From the NCBI GenBank assembly GCA_019634975.1, contig JAHCAI010000004.1:45979-109978 (forward strand): DNA of 64,000 nucleotides. The letters are read 5' to 3'. Shown here piece after piece: positions 9,090 to 19,485 of this stretch (the stretch's first letter is position 1; every line of letters starts with the position of its first letter). The notes below the pieces were generated by a model. That model ran no database searches. It worked only from the letters and a program-made list of their open reading frames with translations, and was not told the DNA's origin. Position numbers and translations under genes: made by a program. Source of the stretch: Burkholderiales bacterium (lineage in GTDB: Bacteria > Pseudomonadota > Gammaproteobacteria > Burkholderiales > SG8-41).

Positions 9090-10055
9090 TTAAAGCTGCT
9101 TGATGCCGGCTTTCTTGATGACGTTGGCGTACTTCTCGGTCTCGGCGCGGATGAACTTGCCGAACTCCTCGATGGTGCCGCCCTTGGTGATCAGGCCGTC
9201 GCGGTCGAAACGCTCGCGGACGTCCTTCATCGCCAGCGCCTTGTTCACGTCGGCATTGACCTTGTTGACGATGTCCTTCGGGACCTTGCTCGGCGCCATC
9301 AGGCCGAACCAGTTGCTGGCCTCGTAACCCTTGACTCCGGATTCGTGGAAAGTGGGGATGTCGGGCACCGCGGGGAAACGCTCCAGGCTGCTGATGGCGA
9401 TCGGGCGCAGGCGGCCGGACTTGATATGCGGCACCAGCGCCGGCACGCCGCTGAACACCATCTCGACATTGCCGGCAATGGCATCGGTGATGGAGGGCGT
9501 GTTGCCCTTGTACGGGACATGAACGATGTTGATGCCGGCCATGTATTTCAGCAGTTCGCCGGCCATGTGGTTGGAGCTGCCGAGACCGGCGTGTCCGTAG
9601 TTGAGCTGGCCGGGCCGCGCCTTGGCCAGCGCGATCAGTTCCTTGACATTCTTCGCCGGCAGCGAGGGATGCGCGGCGAGCAGTGCGGCGCCCTGCACGC
9701 ACCACACCACCGGCTGGAAATCGCGGGCGGTGTTGTACGGGGGCTTGGCATACAGCGTCATGTTGATGGCATTGGAGGCGCCCCCCATGAACAGTGTGTA
9801 GCCGTCCGGCGCGGCGGTTGCGGCGAGCTCCGAGCCGATGTTGGTGCCGCCGCCGGGACGGTTGTCGACGACCACCTGCTGGCCCCACATCTCGGTGACC
9901 TTGGCGGCCACCGTGCGCGCCGTGTAATCGGTATTGCCTCCGGCCGCATAGGGCACGATGATGCGCACCGTGCGCGCCGGCCAGTTCTGCGCCAGTACCG
10001 GCGCCGCTGCCACCAGCAGCCCGAGTCCCGCAATGAAACCGTTGATTTTCCTCAT
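9090..10055 (-). CDS. Bug family (TctC-like) periplasmic substrate-binding protein
   Basis: ATG 10055 is preceded by AGGAGG. Signal peptide GLGLLVAAAPVLAQ. VRIIVPYAAGGNTDYTAR and VVDNRPGGG motifs. Its start overlaps the upstream stop (ATGA). Confidence 0.85.
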   Translation of the reverse strand: MRKINGFIAGLGLLVAAAPVLAQNWPARTVRIIVPYAAGGNTDYTARTVAAKVTEMWGQQVVVDNRPGGGTNIGSELAATAAPDGYTLFMGGASNAINMTLYAKPPYNTARDFQPVVWCVQGAALLAAHPSLPAKNVKELIALAKARPGQLNYGHAGLGSSNHMAGELLKYMAGINIVHVPYKGNTPSITDAIAGNVEMVFSGVPALVPHIKSGRLRPIAISSLERFPAVPDIPTFHESGVKGYEASNWFGLMAPSKVPKDIVNKVNADVNKALAMKDVRERFDRDGLITKGGTIEEFGKFIRAETEKYANVIKKAGIKQL

Positions 10056-11065
10056 TTTTCCTCCTTCGTTGAGGCGGTTGCCCGCACTTCGTTGTTGAGT
10101 GGATTGCCGCGGTGCCAGTGCCCGAGGTTGGCCAGGAACATCTCGCACACCCGGTCGTCGTTGCCCAGCGCCGCTGCCGAATTGTGCGGCGAAACCAGCA
10201 CATTGGGCAGCTCCCACAGCGCAGACTCCGCCGGCAGGGGTTCCTTTTCGAACACATCGAGATAGGCACCGCCGAGCCGGCCGTCGCGCAAGGCGGCGAC
10301 CAGCGCAGTTTCGTCGATGATCTCGCCGCGCGCAACATTGATGATGCGGGCCCCCGGAGCCAGGCGCCCGAGCATGTCCGCATTGATCAGGCCGCGGGTT
10401 TCGTCAGTCAGCGGCGCCGCGAGCACCAGCCAGTCGGCTCGCGGCAGCAGCGTCGCAAGTTGCGGGGGTGGATGCAGTTCGTCAACCGGATCGCCGGGCT
10501 GCAGCGGGCTGCGGCGGATGCCGATGACCTTGAGGCCCAGCACCCGCGCCAGCCGGGCGATTTCGCGGCCGATGCTGCCCAGGCCGTAGATCAGCATGGT
10601 CTGGCCGGCAAGATCGCGCGGAACGTCGGGCACCCGCATCGGATCCCAGCGATGTTCGCTCTGGGCACGGATCCAGCGCGGCATGTTGCGCGCGAGCATC
10701 AACAGGCCGGCGATCGCCGTCTGCGCGATCGGCACGGCGGTGGAACCCGCCGAGGTGCTCAGGCGCACCCCGCGTCCGAGCATTTCGCTGAAGATCGGAT
10801 GATCGACGCCGGCATTGAACACATGCATCCATTTCAGCGCCGGTGCCTTGCGCACGGCGGAAAAAAACTGGCGGCCGTGCAGCGGAATGACGTCCGAGGA
10901 GAAAAAGGCGAGATCGAGCCGTGCGCAATCGGCGGCCTCTATGCGTCCCTCGGGGTCGGCGGGGAGCACGACCAGCTCCAGGGCCACACCGAGCTGCCGT
11001 GCCCGCGCGACGAGATCGGCGCCGCGTTCGGCGTGCAGTCGGTGGGAGACGAGCAGGGTGGTCAT
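10052..11065 (-). CDS. D-isomer-specific 2-hydroxyacid dehydrogenase family protein
   Basis: NAD-binding GLGSIGREIARLARVLGLKVIGIRR, then NVARGEIIDE and the SPHNSA catalytic region. 337 aa. Confidence 0.85.
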   Translation of the reverse strand: MTTLLVSHRLHAERGADLVARARQLGVALELVVLPADPEGRIEAADCARLDLAFFSSDVIPLHGRQFFSAVRKAPALKWMHVFNAGVDHPIFSEMLGRGVRLSTSAGSTAVPIAQTAIAGLLMLARNMPRWIRAQSEHRWDPMRVPDVPRDLAGQTMLIYGLGSIGREIARLARVLGLKVIGIRRSPLQPGDPVDELHPPPQLATLLPRADWLVLAAPLTDETRGLINADMLGRLAPGARIINVARGEIIDETALVAALRDGRLGGAYLDVFEKEPLPAESALWELPNVLVSPHNSAAALGNDDRVCEMFLANLGHWHRGNPLNNEVRATASTKEEK

Positions 11066-11175
11066 TGCAAGGGGGCGCGGCAGGCAGTGAGCGGCGGAAG
11101 AGCGGAGATTTTAACCGCTCTTTGCTACCATGCACGACCTGGCGCAAGGCCTGACCTCTCCGGAAAGTCCATTCA

Positions 11176-12309
11176 ATGGAAATCGACACCCTGGAACTGA
11201 CAAAGCAGCTGATTGCGCGACCCTCGGTCTCTCCCGAGGATGCGGGATGCCTCGACCTCGTCATGGCGCAGCTGAAGCCGCTGGGTTTCGACTGCGAGAT
11301 CATCGCCATGAACGGCGTCACCAACCTCTGGGCGCGCCGCGGCCGCGCCGCGCCGCTGGTCTGCTTCGCGGGACATACCGATGTGGTGCCCACCGGCCCC
11401 CTCGAGAACTGGGACATCGATCCGTTCACGCCGACGGTCCGCGACGGCGTGCTGCATGGCCGCGGCGCCTGCGACATGAAGACCTCGCTGGCCGCTTTCG
11501 TCGTGGCGATCCGCGAATTCGTGCGAGCCAACCCCGACCACTCCGGTTCACTGGCGGTGATGTTCACCTCCGACGAGGAGGGTCCGGCCACCGACGGCAC
11601 GGTGCGCGTGGTCGAGGCGCTGGCGCGCCGCGGCGAGAAGCTCGATTACTGCATCGTCGGCGAGCCGACCTCGGTCAAGCGGCTTGGCGACATGATCAAG
11701 AACGGGCGCCGCGGCTCGCTGACCGGCATCCTCACCGTACAGGGCGTGCAGGGCCATGTTGCCTACCCGCAGATGGCGCGCAACCCGATCCACGAAGTCG
11801 CGCCGGCCATCGCCGAACTGGCCGCAGCCGAATGGGACCGCGGCAACGAATACTTTCCGCCGACCACCTGGCAGATTTCCAATTTCAGCGCCGGCACCGG
11901 CGCCAACAACGTCATCCCCGGCACCGCGCGCGTCCAGTTCAACTTCCGCTTTTCCACCGCGAGCACGGTCGAGTCGCTGCAGACCCGGGTGCACGGCATC
12001 CTCGACAAGCACGACCTCAAGTACGACCTCGAATGGCGCCTCGACGGCCGGCCCTTCCTGACGCCGAAGGGCGATCTCGTGGCAGCGGTGTCGCGCGCGA
12101 TCAGGGAAGTCACGGGCGTCGACACCGAACTGTCGACGACCGGCGGCACCTCCGACGGCCGTTTCATCGCCGACATCTGCCCGCAGGTCGTCGAGTTCGG
12201 ACCCACCAACGCCACCATTCACAAGGTCAACGAGCGCCTGCCCGTGGCGGAGATCGAGCCGCTGCAGAACATCTACCGGCGCATCCTGGAGATCCTGCTG
12301 CGGCAATGA
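11176..12309 (+). CDS. dapE: succinyl-diaminopimelate desuccinylase
   Basis: M20 peptidase with [30 protein letters not shown] and SDEEG motifs. 377 aa. Confidence 0.9.
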   Translation: MEIDTLELTKQLIARPSVSPEDAGCLDLVMAQLKPLGFDCEIIAMNGVTNLWARRGRAAPLVCFAGHTDVVPTGPLENWDIDPFTPTVRDGVLHGRGACDMKTSLAAFVVAIREFVRANPDHSGSLAVMFTSDEEGPATDGTVRVVEALARRGEKLDYCIVGEPTSVKRLGDMIKNGRRGSLTGILTVQGVQGHVAYPQMARNPIHEVAPAIAELAAAEWDRGNEYFPPTTWQISNFSAGTGANNVIPGTARVQFNFRFSTASTVESLQTRVHGILDKHDLKYDLEWRLDGRPFLTPKGDLVAAVSRAIREVTGVDTELSTTGGTSDGRFIADICPQVVEFGPTNATIHKVNERLPVAEIEPLQNIYRRILEILLRQ

Positions 12310-12357
12310 GAGTCACGCAGGGGGTGTGAAAATGCGCCCGATCCTTGATAGAGTGGA

Positions 12358-13473
12358 ATGCATGAATCTCGTCCGGGAAATCCTGCAGTGAAAGCCGAAC
12401 TGCCGGCAAACGAGCCCGAGCGTCTCGCTGCGTTGATGCGATATGACATTCTCGACAGCGGCGCCGAGCAGGCCTACGACGACCTGACCCGCCTGGCCGC
12501 GTATATCGCGGGCACTCCAATTGCGCTGATCAGCCTGATTGACCGGGACCGCCAGTGGTTCAAATCGAAGGTGGGTCTCGAGGCAACCGAAACCCCGAGA
12601 GACGCCGCCTTCTGTGCCCATGCCATCCTGCGTCCCGGCGACACCCTGGTCGTGCCCGACGCCACACGGGATCGGCGCTTTGCCGACAATCCGCTGGTGA
12701 CCGGAGCCCCCGCCATACGTTTCTATGCAGGCGCTCCGCTGGTGACGCCCGAGGGCCAGGCCCTGGGCACCCTGTGCGTGATTGATTCGCAGCCCCGGCA
12801 ACTGAGTGAGGAAGGGCTCGCTGCACTCGAAGCGCTGTCACGGCAGGTTGTCGCCCAGTTTGAACTGCGCCGCACCGCGCGCGAGCTGCACGAACAGCTG
12901 GCTAACCGCGAGGTTTATCTCGCGCAGCTGGAGGATTACCAGAAGCAGCTGTCAGAGGAGAACCGCGAACTGCAGCGGGCGAGCCTGACCGATGCCCTGA
13001 CCCGGATCGGCAACCGCGCCGCACTGGACATGCGCCTCGATGAAGAGATCGCCCGTGCGCAGCGCCATGGCACGGCCCTGTCGCTGCTGCTGGCCGATGC
13101 GGATCATTTCAAGCATTACAACGACACCTGGGGACATCCTGCGGGTGATGTCGTGCTGCAGATGCTGGCCCAAGTGCTGCGCCGCCGGACCCGCGCCAGT
13201 GATTTTGTCGCGCGTTACGGCGGCGAGGAGTTCGCCGTGCTGCTGCCCACCACGGACCGTGACAGCGCGCGCAGGGTGGCCGAACAGATCCGCGCCGCAG
13301 TCGAGGCCACCGGGTTTCCGGAGCGCAAGGTCACCATCAGCGCGGGAGTCGCCACTTTTGGCGGCAGCATCCGGGACCGGGAGTCGCTGCTGCGCGCGGC
13401 GGACGAGGCGCTTTATGCCGCCAAACGCGGCGGGCGCAACCGGGTGATGCATGCCGCCGATGCGGCCCCCTGA
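12358..13473 (+). CDS. GAF domain-containing diguanylate cyclase (GGDEF)
   Basis: N-terminal GAF ([15 protein letters not shown]...). C-terminal GGDEF domain with the active site GGEEF, and an RxxD I-site (RASD) five residues upstream. Confidence 0.9.
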   Translation: MHESRPGNPAVKAELPANEPERLAALMRYDILDSGAEQAYDDLTRLAAYIAGTPIALISLIDRDRQWFKSKVGLEATETPRDAAFCAHAILRPGDTLVVPDATRDRRFADNPLVTGAPAIRFYAGAPLVTPEGQALGTLCVIDSQPRQLSEEGLAALEALSRQVVAQFELRRTARELHEQLANREVYLAQLEDYQKQLSEENRELQRASLTDALTRIGNRAALDMRLDEEIARAQRHGTALSLLLADADHFKHYNDTWGHPAGDVVLQMLAQVLRRRTRASDFVARYGGEEFAVLLPTTDRDSARRVAEQIRAAVEATGFPERKVTISAGVATFGGSIRDRESLLRAADEALYAAKRGGRNRVMHAADAAP

Positions 13474-13482
13474 TTGACAGGC

Positions 13483-14712
13483 TCAGCGGCTGCGCAACCA
13501 GCCCAACGCGCCGAGCCCCGCCGCCCGCCCCGTCGCAAAACAGGCGGTCAGCAGATAACCCCCGGTCGGCGCTTCCCAGTCGAGCATCTCCCCGGCACAG
13601 AACACGCCGGGCAGCGCTTTCAGCATCAGTTGCTCGTCGAGCGCTTCGAAGGGCACGCCGCCGGCGCTGCTGATCGCCTCGTCGATGGGGCGCGGCGCCG
13701 TGAGCTTCAGCGGCAGCGCCTTGATCGTGTCCGCGAGCTTGCGCGGGTCCTTCATGTCTTCTGACGACAGCACTTCGCGCAGCAGCGCGGCTTTTACGCC
13801 CCTCAATCCCAGCCGGCCCTGCAGCTGACTGGCCAGCGAGCGCGAACCGCGCGGGTGGGAGACCTCGCGCAGAACACGCGCGGGATCGTGGTCCGGCAGC
13901 AGATCGAGAGTCAGCGTTGCCGAGCCCTGCACCGCGATGGCATCGCGCAGCGGCGCCGAAAGGGCATAGACCAGGCTGCCCTCGACGCCATAGTTGCTGA
14001 CCAGCAGTTCGCCGCGGTGGCGATGCGTAGTGCCTGCGCCATCGCCGAGGGAGACTGCAACGGCTTTCACGGGTTGTCCGGCGAAGCGCTCGCGGAAATG
14101 CGCGCTCCAGGCGACCTCGAAGCCGCAGTTCGCCGGTTGCAGCCGCGCCACTGTGATGCCGCGCGCTGCCAGCAGCGGCACCCAGGCGCCGTCGGAACCC
14201 AGCCGCGCCCAGCTGCCGCCGCCGAGGGCGAGCACCGTGCAGCGCGGACGCACCAGGGTTTCGCCCTGCGGCGTCGTGAAGCGCAGCGCGCCATCGTCCG
14301 TCCAGCCGGTCCAGCGGTGGCGCGCGTGGATGCGCAGGCCCGCCGCGCGCAGCCGGTGCAGCCAGGCGCGCAGCAGCGGCGCCGCGTTCATCTCCTTCGG
14401 GAATACCCGCTGCGAACTGCCGGTGAAGGTTTCAATGCCGAGGGCGTGCACCCAGTCGCGCAGTTGCGCGGCACCGAAGCTTTTCAGCAGTGCCTCGAGT
14501 TGCGGCCGGCGGGCGCCGTAACGCGAGAGGAAACGATCCTGAACTTCGGCGTGGGTAATGTTGAGGCCGCCCTTGCCGGCCAGCAGGAACTTGCGGCCGA
14601 CCGAGGGCATTGCGTCATAGAGGTCGACGGTGATCCCGCCCGCGAGCAGCGTCTCCGCGGCCATCAGCCCGGCCGGGCCGCCGCCAATGACGGCCGCGGA
14701 GGCTACAGCCAC
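13483..14712 (-). CDS. NAD(P)/FAD-dependent oxidoreductase, HI0933/BaiN-like flavoprotein
   Basis: GTG 14712 gives VAVASAAVIGGGPAGLMAAE (a GxGxxG FAD motif) and about 409 aa. The longer track ORF runs antisense-out-of-frame over corA. Overlaps the corA 3' end by 10 nt. Confidence 0.7.
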   Translation of the reverse strand: MAVASAAVIGGGPAGLMAAETLLAGGITVDLYDAMPSVGRKFLLAGKGGLNITHAEVQDRFLSRYGARRPQLEALLKSFGAAQLRDWVHALGIETFTGSSQRVFPKEMNAAPLLRAWLHRLRAAGLRIHARHRWTGWTDDGALRFTTPQGETLVRPRCTVLALGGGSWARLGSDGAWVPLLAARGITVARLQPANCGFEVAWSAHFRERFAGQPVKAVAVSLGDGAGTTHRHRGELLVSNYGVEGSLVYALSAPLRDAIAVQGSATLTLDLLPDHDPARVLREVSHPRGSRSLASQLQGRLGLRGVKAALLREVLSSEDMKDPRKLADTIKALPLKLTAPRPIDEAISSAGGVPFEALDEQLMLKALPGVFCAGEMLDWEAPTGGYLLTACFATGRAAGLGALGWLRSR

Positions 14713-15668
14713 TTCGCCTTGCGGAAGCGCCAGAACAGGTAAGCGTCGATGCCGACCATCGCCGCAATCGCCAGCGGATAACCCCAGTTCCAGGCGAGTT
14801 CGGGCATGTGCTGGAAGTTCATGCCGTAGATCCCGGCGATCAGGGTCGGCACCGCGACCAGCGCCGCGTAACCGGCGAGACGCTTGGTGACCTCGTTTTC
14901 CTGCAGCGTGATCAGCGACAGGTTGACCGAAATCGCGGTGGTGATCATTTCGCGCGCGGCATCGATGCTCTGGTTGATGCGGCCGAGGTGGTCGGCGACG
15001 TCGCGGAAATATTCGCCGAGCCCGGCGCACAGCTGCGGCACCCGCCCGCCGTGCAGCTTGCTGACGGCCTCGTGCAGCGGGGCGGTCGCGTGTTTCAGCG
15101 TCACCAGTTTCTGCTTCAGGTCGTAGAGCGCCTCGATGTTGGCGCGCGGCGACTTGCCGGCGAAGATCTGGTCCTCGATGGTTTCCAGCCGGGTTTCGAT
15201 GTCATCGAGGATCGGAAAATAGCGGTCGACCACGGCATCCATCAGCGCGTAGAGGATGTAGCCGGTGCCGTGCCGCATCAGCTCGGGTTCGCGCTCGCAG
15301 CGCGCGCGCACGTCCTGGAAGTTGCGGTTGCTGCGGCTGCGCACCGACAGCACGTAGTTGCGGGCGACAAAAATGTCGACTTCGCCCACGCGCAGCTCGT
15401 CGCCATCGCGCTCCAGCATGTGCAGCACGAAAAACAGCGAGTCGCCGTACTCCTCGAATTTCGGCCGCTGGTGGCCGTGGCGCGCATCCTCGATCGCCAG
15501 CGGATGCAGATCGAACTGCTGTTCCAGCTTCTCGAGCTCGTGAGCTTCGGGGTCGCGCACGGCCACCCACAGGATGCCGTCGTTGCGCGCGAGCCAGGTG
15601 TGGATCTCCTCCTGCGCGACATCCGCGACTTTTTTGCCGTCCCTGTAGGCTACGCTGTTGACCAGCAT
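14703..15668 (-). CDS. corA: magnesium/cobalt transporter CorA
   Basis: 321 aa. The YGMNF (GMN) signature lies between two C-terminal TM helices. Confidence 0.9.
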   Translation of the reverse strand: MLVNSVAYRDGKKVADVAQEEIHTWLARNDGILWVAVRDPEAHELEKLEQQFDLHPLAIEDARHGHQRPKFEEYGDSLFFVLHMLERDGDELRVGEVDIFVARNYVLSVRSRSNRNFQDVRARCEREPELMRHGTGYILYALMDAVVDRYFPILDDIETRLETIEDQIFAGKSPRANIEALYDLKQKLVTLKHATAPLHEAVSKLHGGRVPQLCAGLGEYFRDVADHLGRINQSIDAAREMITTAISVNLSLITLQENEVTKRLAGYAALVAVPTLIAGIYGMNFQHMPELAWNWGYPLAIAAMVGIDAYLFWRFRKAKWL

Positions 15669-15693
15669 GGCAGTGACTCCGGTTGCGCGGCCG

Positions 15694-16308
15694 TCAGGCG
15701 AGCCAGGGCCGTTCGGCCTGGTGGCGGGACTCGAAGGCCTCGATGGCCGGCGCGTTCTCGAGTACGAGGCCGATATCGTCCAGCCCTTTCAGCAGCCGCT
15801 CCTTGTACACCGGGTCGATCATGAAAGGATGCGCGGTGCCCTCGGTATCGGTCACCGTCTGCGCCGGCAGGTCGATCGCCAGCGTCGCGCCCGGCTGTGC
15901 ATGCAGCTGGCTGCGCAGGCCGCGGCAGATTTCCTCGGGCAGGGTCACCGGCAGCATGCCGTTCTGCAGCTCGTTGGCATAGTGGATATCGCCGAAGGAG
16001 GGCGCGATCACCGCCCGGATGCCGTAATCGAGCAGCGCGTAGACCGCGCCCTCGCGCGAGGAGCCGCAGCCGAAGTTGGCGCCGGCGACGAGAATGCCGG
16101 CCTTGCGGTAGGCCGGCTTGTTCAGCACGAAATCGGGTATCTCGCGGCCGTCGTTGTCGAAGCGCATGTCGTGGAACAGCCAGGGGTCGTAGCCGGCCTT
16201 GTCGTTGCGCAGCTTGCGCAGGAAGCGCACCGGGATGATGCGATCGGTGTCGATGTTCGCCATGTCGATGGGGGCGGCGACGGCGGTCAGCGTGGTGAAG
16301 GGTTTCAT
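15694..16308 (-). CDS. leuD: 3-isopropylmalate dehydratase small subunit-type protein (LeuD family)
   Basis: Aconitase swivel-domain motif GANFGCGSSREGAVYAL. 204 aa. Starts 1 nt after the leuC-type gene. Confidence 0.8.
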   Translation of the reverse strand: MKPFTTLTAVAAPIDMANIDTDRIIPVRFLRKLRNDKAGYDPWLFHDMRFDNDGREIPDFVLNKPAYRKAGILVAGANFGCGSSREGAVYALLDYGIRAVIAPSFGDIHYANELQNGMLPVTLPEEICRGLRSQLHAQPGATLAIDLPAQTVTDTEGTAHPFMIDPVYKERLLKGLDDIGLVLENAPAIEAFESRHQAERPWLA

Positions 16309-16309
16309 T

Positions 16310-17716
16310 TCAGGCTCCCGTCAGTGTGCGGACGTCGGTGACGCGGCCGGTGACCATGGCCGCGGCGGCCATCGCCGGGCTCATCAGGTGGGTGCGCGCG
16401 CCCTTGCCCTGGCGGCCCTCGAAGTTGCGGTTCGAGGTCGAGGCGCAGCGCAGCCCCGGGGGCACCTTGTCGCCGTTCATCGCCGCGCAGCTCGAGCAGC
16501 CCGAGGCGCGCCACTCGACGCCGGCGTCCAGGAATATGCGGTGCAGGCCCTCGGCCTCGGCCTGCGCCTTGAGCGCGGTCGAACCCGGCGAAATCCAGGC
16601 CGGGATCATCGATTTGCGGCCCTTCAGCACCGCGGCGGCGGCACGCAGATCCTCGATGCGGCCGTTGGTGCAGCTGCCGATGAAGGCGCGGTCGATGCGG
16701 ATGTCGGTCAGCGCCATGCCGGGCTTCAGGTCCATGTAGGCCAGCGCCTGCAGCGCGTGCGCCCGCTTGTCGGCATCACCCAGCGATTGCGGATCGGGAA
16801 TGCGCCCGGATACCGGCAGGGCTTCTTCCGGGCTGGTGCCCCAGGTCAGCATCGGTTCCAGCGCCGAGCCGTCGAGCGTCACTTCGCGGTCGAAACGCGC
16901 GCCGTCGTCGCTGGGCAGCTCGCGCCACTGGGCCAGCGCGCGGTCCCAGTCGGCGCCTTTCGGCGCGTACTCGCGGCCGTGCAGGTACTGGTAGACGGCG
17001 TCGTCGGGCGCGATCATGCCGGCGCGGCCGCCGGCCTCGATCGCCATGTTGCACACGGTCAGCCGGCCTTCGAGGCTCAGGCTGCGGATCGCCGGCCCGG
17101 CGAATTCGATGACATGGCCGGTGGCGCCGGCGGTGCCGATTTTGGCGATGATCGCCAGCACCACGTCCTTGCCGGTGATGCCGGGGCCGAGGCGGCCGTT
17201 GACCGTCACGCGCAGCGTTTTCGGTTTTTTCAGCCACAGGCATTGCGTGGCGAGGATCTGCTTGAGCTGGGAGGCGCCGGTGCCGAAGGCGTAGGCGCCG
17301 AGCGCGCCGTGCGTCGAGGTATGGGAATCGCCGCAGGTGATGGTCAGCCCCGGCTGGGTGATGCCGAGTTCGGGGCCGATCACGTGGACGATGCCCTGGC
17401 GCGCATCGTCCATGCCGAAATGGGCGAGGCCGTTGACGCGGCAGTTCTCCTCCAGCAACTGGATCATGTGCCGTGCGTCGGCATCTTCAGTGGCGTCGAG
17501 GCCGCGCTCGCGGCCGACGGTCGGCACGTAGTGGTCAGCAACCGCAAAGTTCTGCCGCGGCTTTCGCACCCTGCGGCCCTCCTTGGCCAGCGCGCCGAAG
17601 GCATGGAAGGAGCCCTCGTGCACGAAGTTGCGGTCGATGTGCAGCAGGGTGTCGCCGCCCGGCTTTTCCAGTATCACGTGGCTGTTCCAGATTTTTTCGA
17701 ACATCGTCAATGCCAT
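16310..17716 (-). CDS. leuC: 3-isopropylmalate dehydratase large subunit-type protein (LeuC family)
   Basis: MFEKIWNSHV N-terminus, CGDSHTSTHGA, Fe-S ligand regions GSCTNGRIEDL and SGCSSCAAMN. ATG 17716 is chosen because the track start 17734 would overlap ggt. Confidence 0.8.
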   Translation of the reverse strand: MALTMFEKIWNSHVILEKPGGDTLLHIDRNFVHEGSFHAFGALAKEGRRVRKPRQNFAVADHYVPTVGRERGLDATEDADARHMIQLLEENCRVNGLAHFGMDDARQGIVHVIGPELGITQPGLTITCGDSHTSTHGALGAYAFGTGASQLKQILATQCLWLKKPKTLRVTVNGRLGPGITGKDVVLAIIAKIGTAGATGHVIEFAGPAIRSLSLEGRLTVCNMAIEAGGRAGMIAPDDAVYQYLHGREYAPKGADWDRALAQWRELPSDDGARFDREVTLDGSALEPMLTWGTSPEEALPVSGRIPDPQSLGDADKRAHALQALAYMDLKPGMALTDIRIDRAFIGSCTNGRIEDLRAAAAVLKGRKSMIPAWISPGSTALKAQAEAEGLHRIFLDAGVEWRASGCSSCAAMNGDKVPPGLRCASTSNRNFEGRQGKGARTHLMSPAMAAAAMVTGRVTDVRTLTGA

Positions 17717-17717
17717 T

Positions 17718-19475
17718 TCAGCGTCCTTTCGCAATGCCTTCGCGGCGCGGATCCGCGCCGCCCTGCCAACCCTTGCCTGCCCGCATGATGCCGTGCAGGC
17801 CGCTCGTCATGTCCACCAGCTGCACCTCATGTCCCATTGCCCTCAAGGGCTCTGCCAGCCCCGCATACGCGGTGCCGCGCTCGATTTCGGTCGGGCCGTT
17901 GCGGCTGCCGGCATTGGGCAGGGCGATCGCGGACTGGATGTCCATGTTCCAGTCCAGTGTCGCGATCAGCGTTTTCGCGACGTAATTGATGATGCGGCTG
18001 CCGCCCGGCGAGCCTACCACCAGGTGCAGGTCGCCATTGTTGCCGAATACCAGGGTCGGCGCCATGGAGCTGCGCGGGCGCTTGCCCGGTGCGACGGCAT
18101 TGGCCGCCGGGCGGCCGTCCTGTCGCGGATTGAAACTGAAATCGGTGAGCTGGTTGTTGAGCAGGAACCCCCGCACCATCAGGCGGCTGCCGAAAAAATT
18201 CTCGATCGTGGTCGTCAGCGACACGGCATTCCCCGCTGCGTCGACAATGGCGACATGGCTGGTGCCGGCTATTTCCTCGTGTTCGTCGCCGGCATGCGCA
18301 ACATGCGCCCCCGGCGGAGTCCCGGCTTCCGCCCTGCCCAGCGAGCGCTCGTCCGAAATCATCCGGGCGCGGCCGGCGAGATAAGCCGGGTCGAGCAGGC
18401 CTGCGACCGGCACGTCGACGAAACGGTCATCCGCAACCCAGCGGTCGCGGTCGGCATAAGCGAGCCGCCCGGCCTCGGCGAGCAGGTGTATGGCCTGTGC
18501 CGATCCCGGAGTCACCGCCGACAGGTCGCGATGCGACAGCATGCCGAGCATCTGCAGCACGGCGATGCCGCCTGACGAGGAAGGCGGCATGCCGCAGACG
18601 CGGTACGAACGGTACGGCGCGCAGAGAGGGTCGACTTCGCGCACTTCGTAGCGGGCGAGGTCCTCCGGTGCGAGCATCCCGGGGTTTGTCGGATGGCTGC
18701 GCACCGCTGCGACGATGTCGCGGGCGATGCCGCCGCGATAGAACTCGTCGGCGCCGCCCCTTTGCAGGGTGCGCAGCGTTTCCGCGAATTCCGGGTTGTG
18801 CATCGTCGAGCCCGCCGCCTTGGGCGTGCCGTCGGCATCGAGGAAATGCTTGCGTGCCGCGGCCTCTCCGGCAATGGCCTGATCGCGCAGCAGCAGCTGA
18901 TGCACCCGCGGCGACATCGGATAGCCTTTTTCAGCCAGCGCGATCGCCGGTTCGAACAGCGCGGCCCAGGGCAGTTTCCCGTGCCTGCGGTGGGCCCGCT
19001 CCAGCAGGCGGGCCACGCCCGGGGTGCCGACGGCGCGGCCGCCGGTGACGACGTCGCGGAACTGCATCGGCTTGCCCTCGCGCATGAACAGCGTGGCCGT
19101 GGCCGCGGCGGGCGCGGTTTCCCGGCCGTCGTAACCCCGGATCTCGCGGCGGGCCGCGTCGTAATGCAACAGGAAGGCGCCGCCGCCGAGTCCGGAGGCC
19201 TGGGGTTCGACCAGGTTCAGGACCAGCTGCACCGCGATCATGGCGTCGACCGCGCTGCCGCCGGCGTCGAGCATTTTCAGGCCCGCTTCCACCGCGAGCG
19301 GATGCGCTGCGGCGACCATGTGCCGCTGCGCAAGGGCAAGGACCTTGTCCGAGCGCCCGGTGGACGGCTCGGGCTCGGCGGGCCTGTCGGTCTGCGCCTG
19401 CAGCGGCTGGCACAGCGCGGTCCACAGCAGGGCGGCGAAGCCGAGCCGGGCGAGGCGATGCGCGGTATGGCTCAT
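17718..19475 (-). CDS. ggt: gamma-glutamyltransferase family protein
   Basis: Signal peptide. GGGAFLLHYD. Autoprocessing/nucleophile Thr in AGTSHVAIVD. About 585 aa from ATG 19475. Confidence 0.85.
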   Translation of the reverse strand: MSHTAHRLARLGFAALLWTALCQPLQAQTDRPAEPEPSTGRSDKVLALAQRHMVAAAHPLAVEAGLKMLDAGGSAVDAMIAVQLVLNLVEPQASGLGGGAFLLHYDAARREIRGYDGRETAPAAATATLFMREGKPMQFRDVVTGGRAVGTPGVARLLERAHRRHGKLPWAALFEPAIALAEKGYPMSPRVHQLLLRDQAIAGEAAARKHFLDADGTPKAAGSTMHNPEFAETLRTLQRGGADEFYRGGIARDIVAAVRSHPTNPGMLAPEDLARYEVREVDPLCAPYRSYRVCGMPPSSSGGIAVLQMLGMLSHRDLSAVTPGSAQAIHLLAEAGRLAYADRDRWVADDRFVDVPVAGLLDPAYLAGRARMISDERSLGRAEAGTPPGAHVAHAGDEHEEIAGTSHVAIVDAAGNAVSLTTTIENFFGSRLMVRGFLLNNQLTDFSFNPRQDGRPAANAVAPGKRPRSSMAPTLVFGNNGDLHLVVGSPGGSRIINYVAKTLIATLDWNMDIQSAIALPNAGSRNGPTEIERGTAYAGLAEPLRAMGHEVQLVDMTSGLHGIMRAGKGWQGGADPRREGIAKGR

Positions 19476-19485
19476 CCGGGCGGCT

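Noticed and set aside
8089-10383. 764-aa ORF reported as one protein
   Set aside because: Only the C-terminal 325 aa (from TTG 9066, with RBS and signal peptide) look like a real Bug protein. The upstream part reads out of frame across the neighbouring Bug and dehydrogenase genes and is Arg/Gly/Pro-rich.
16199-17788. 529-aa plus-strand ORF. The same reasoning applies to 8991..10265, 59979..61250, 10482..11600 and 42276..43652.
   Set aside because: All are antisense to genes with strong family motifs (leuC, Bug, enoyl-CoA hydratase, dehydrogenase/dapE, HD protein). They are shadow ORFs.
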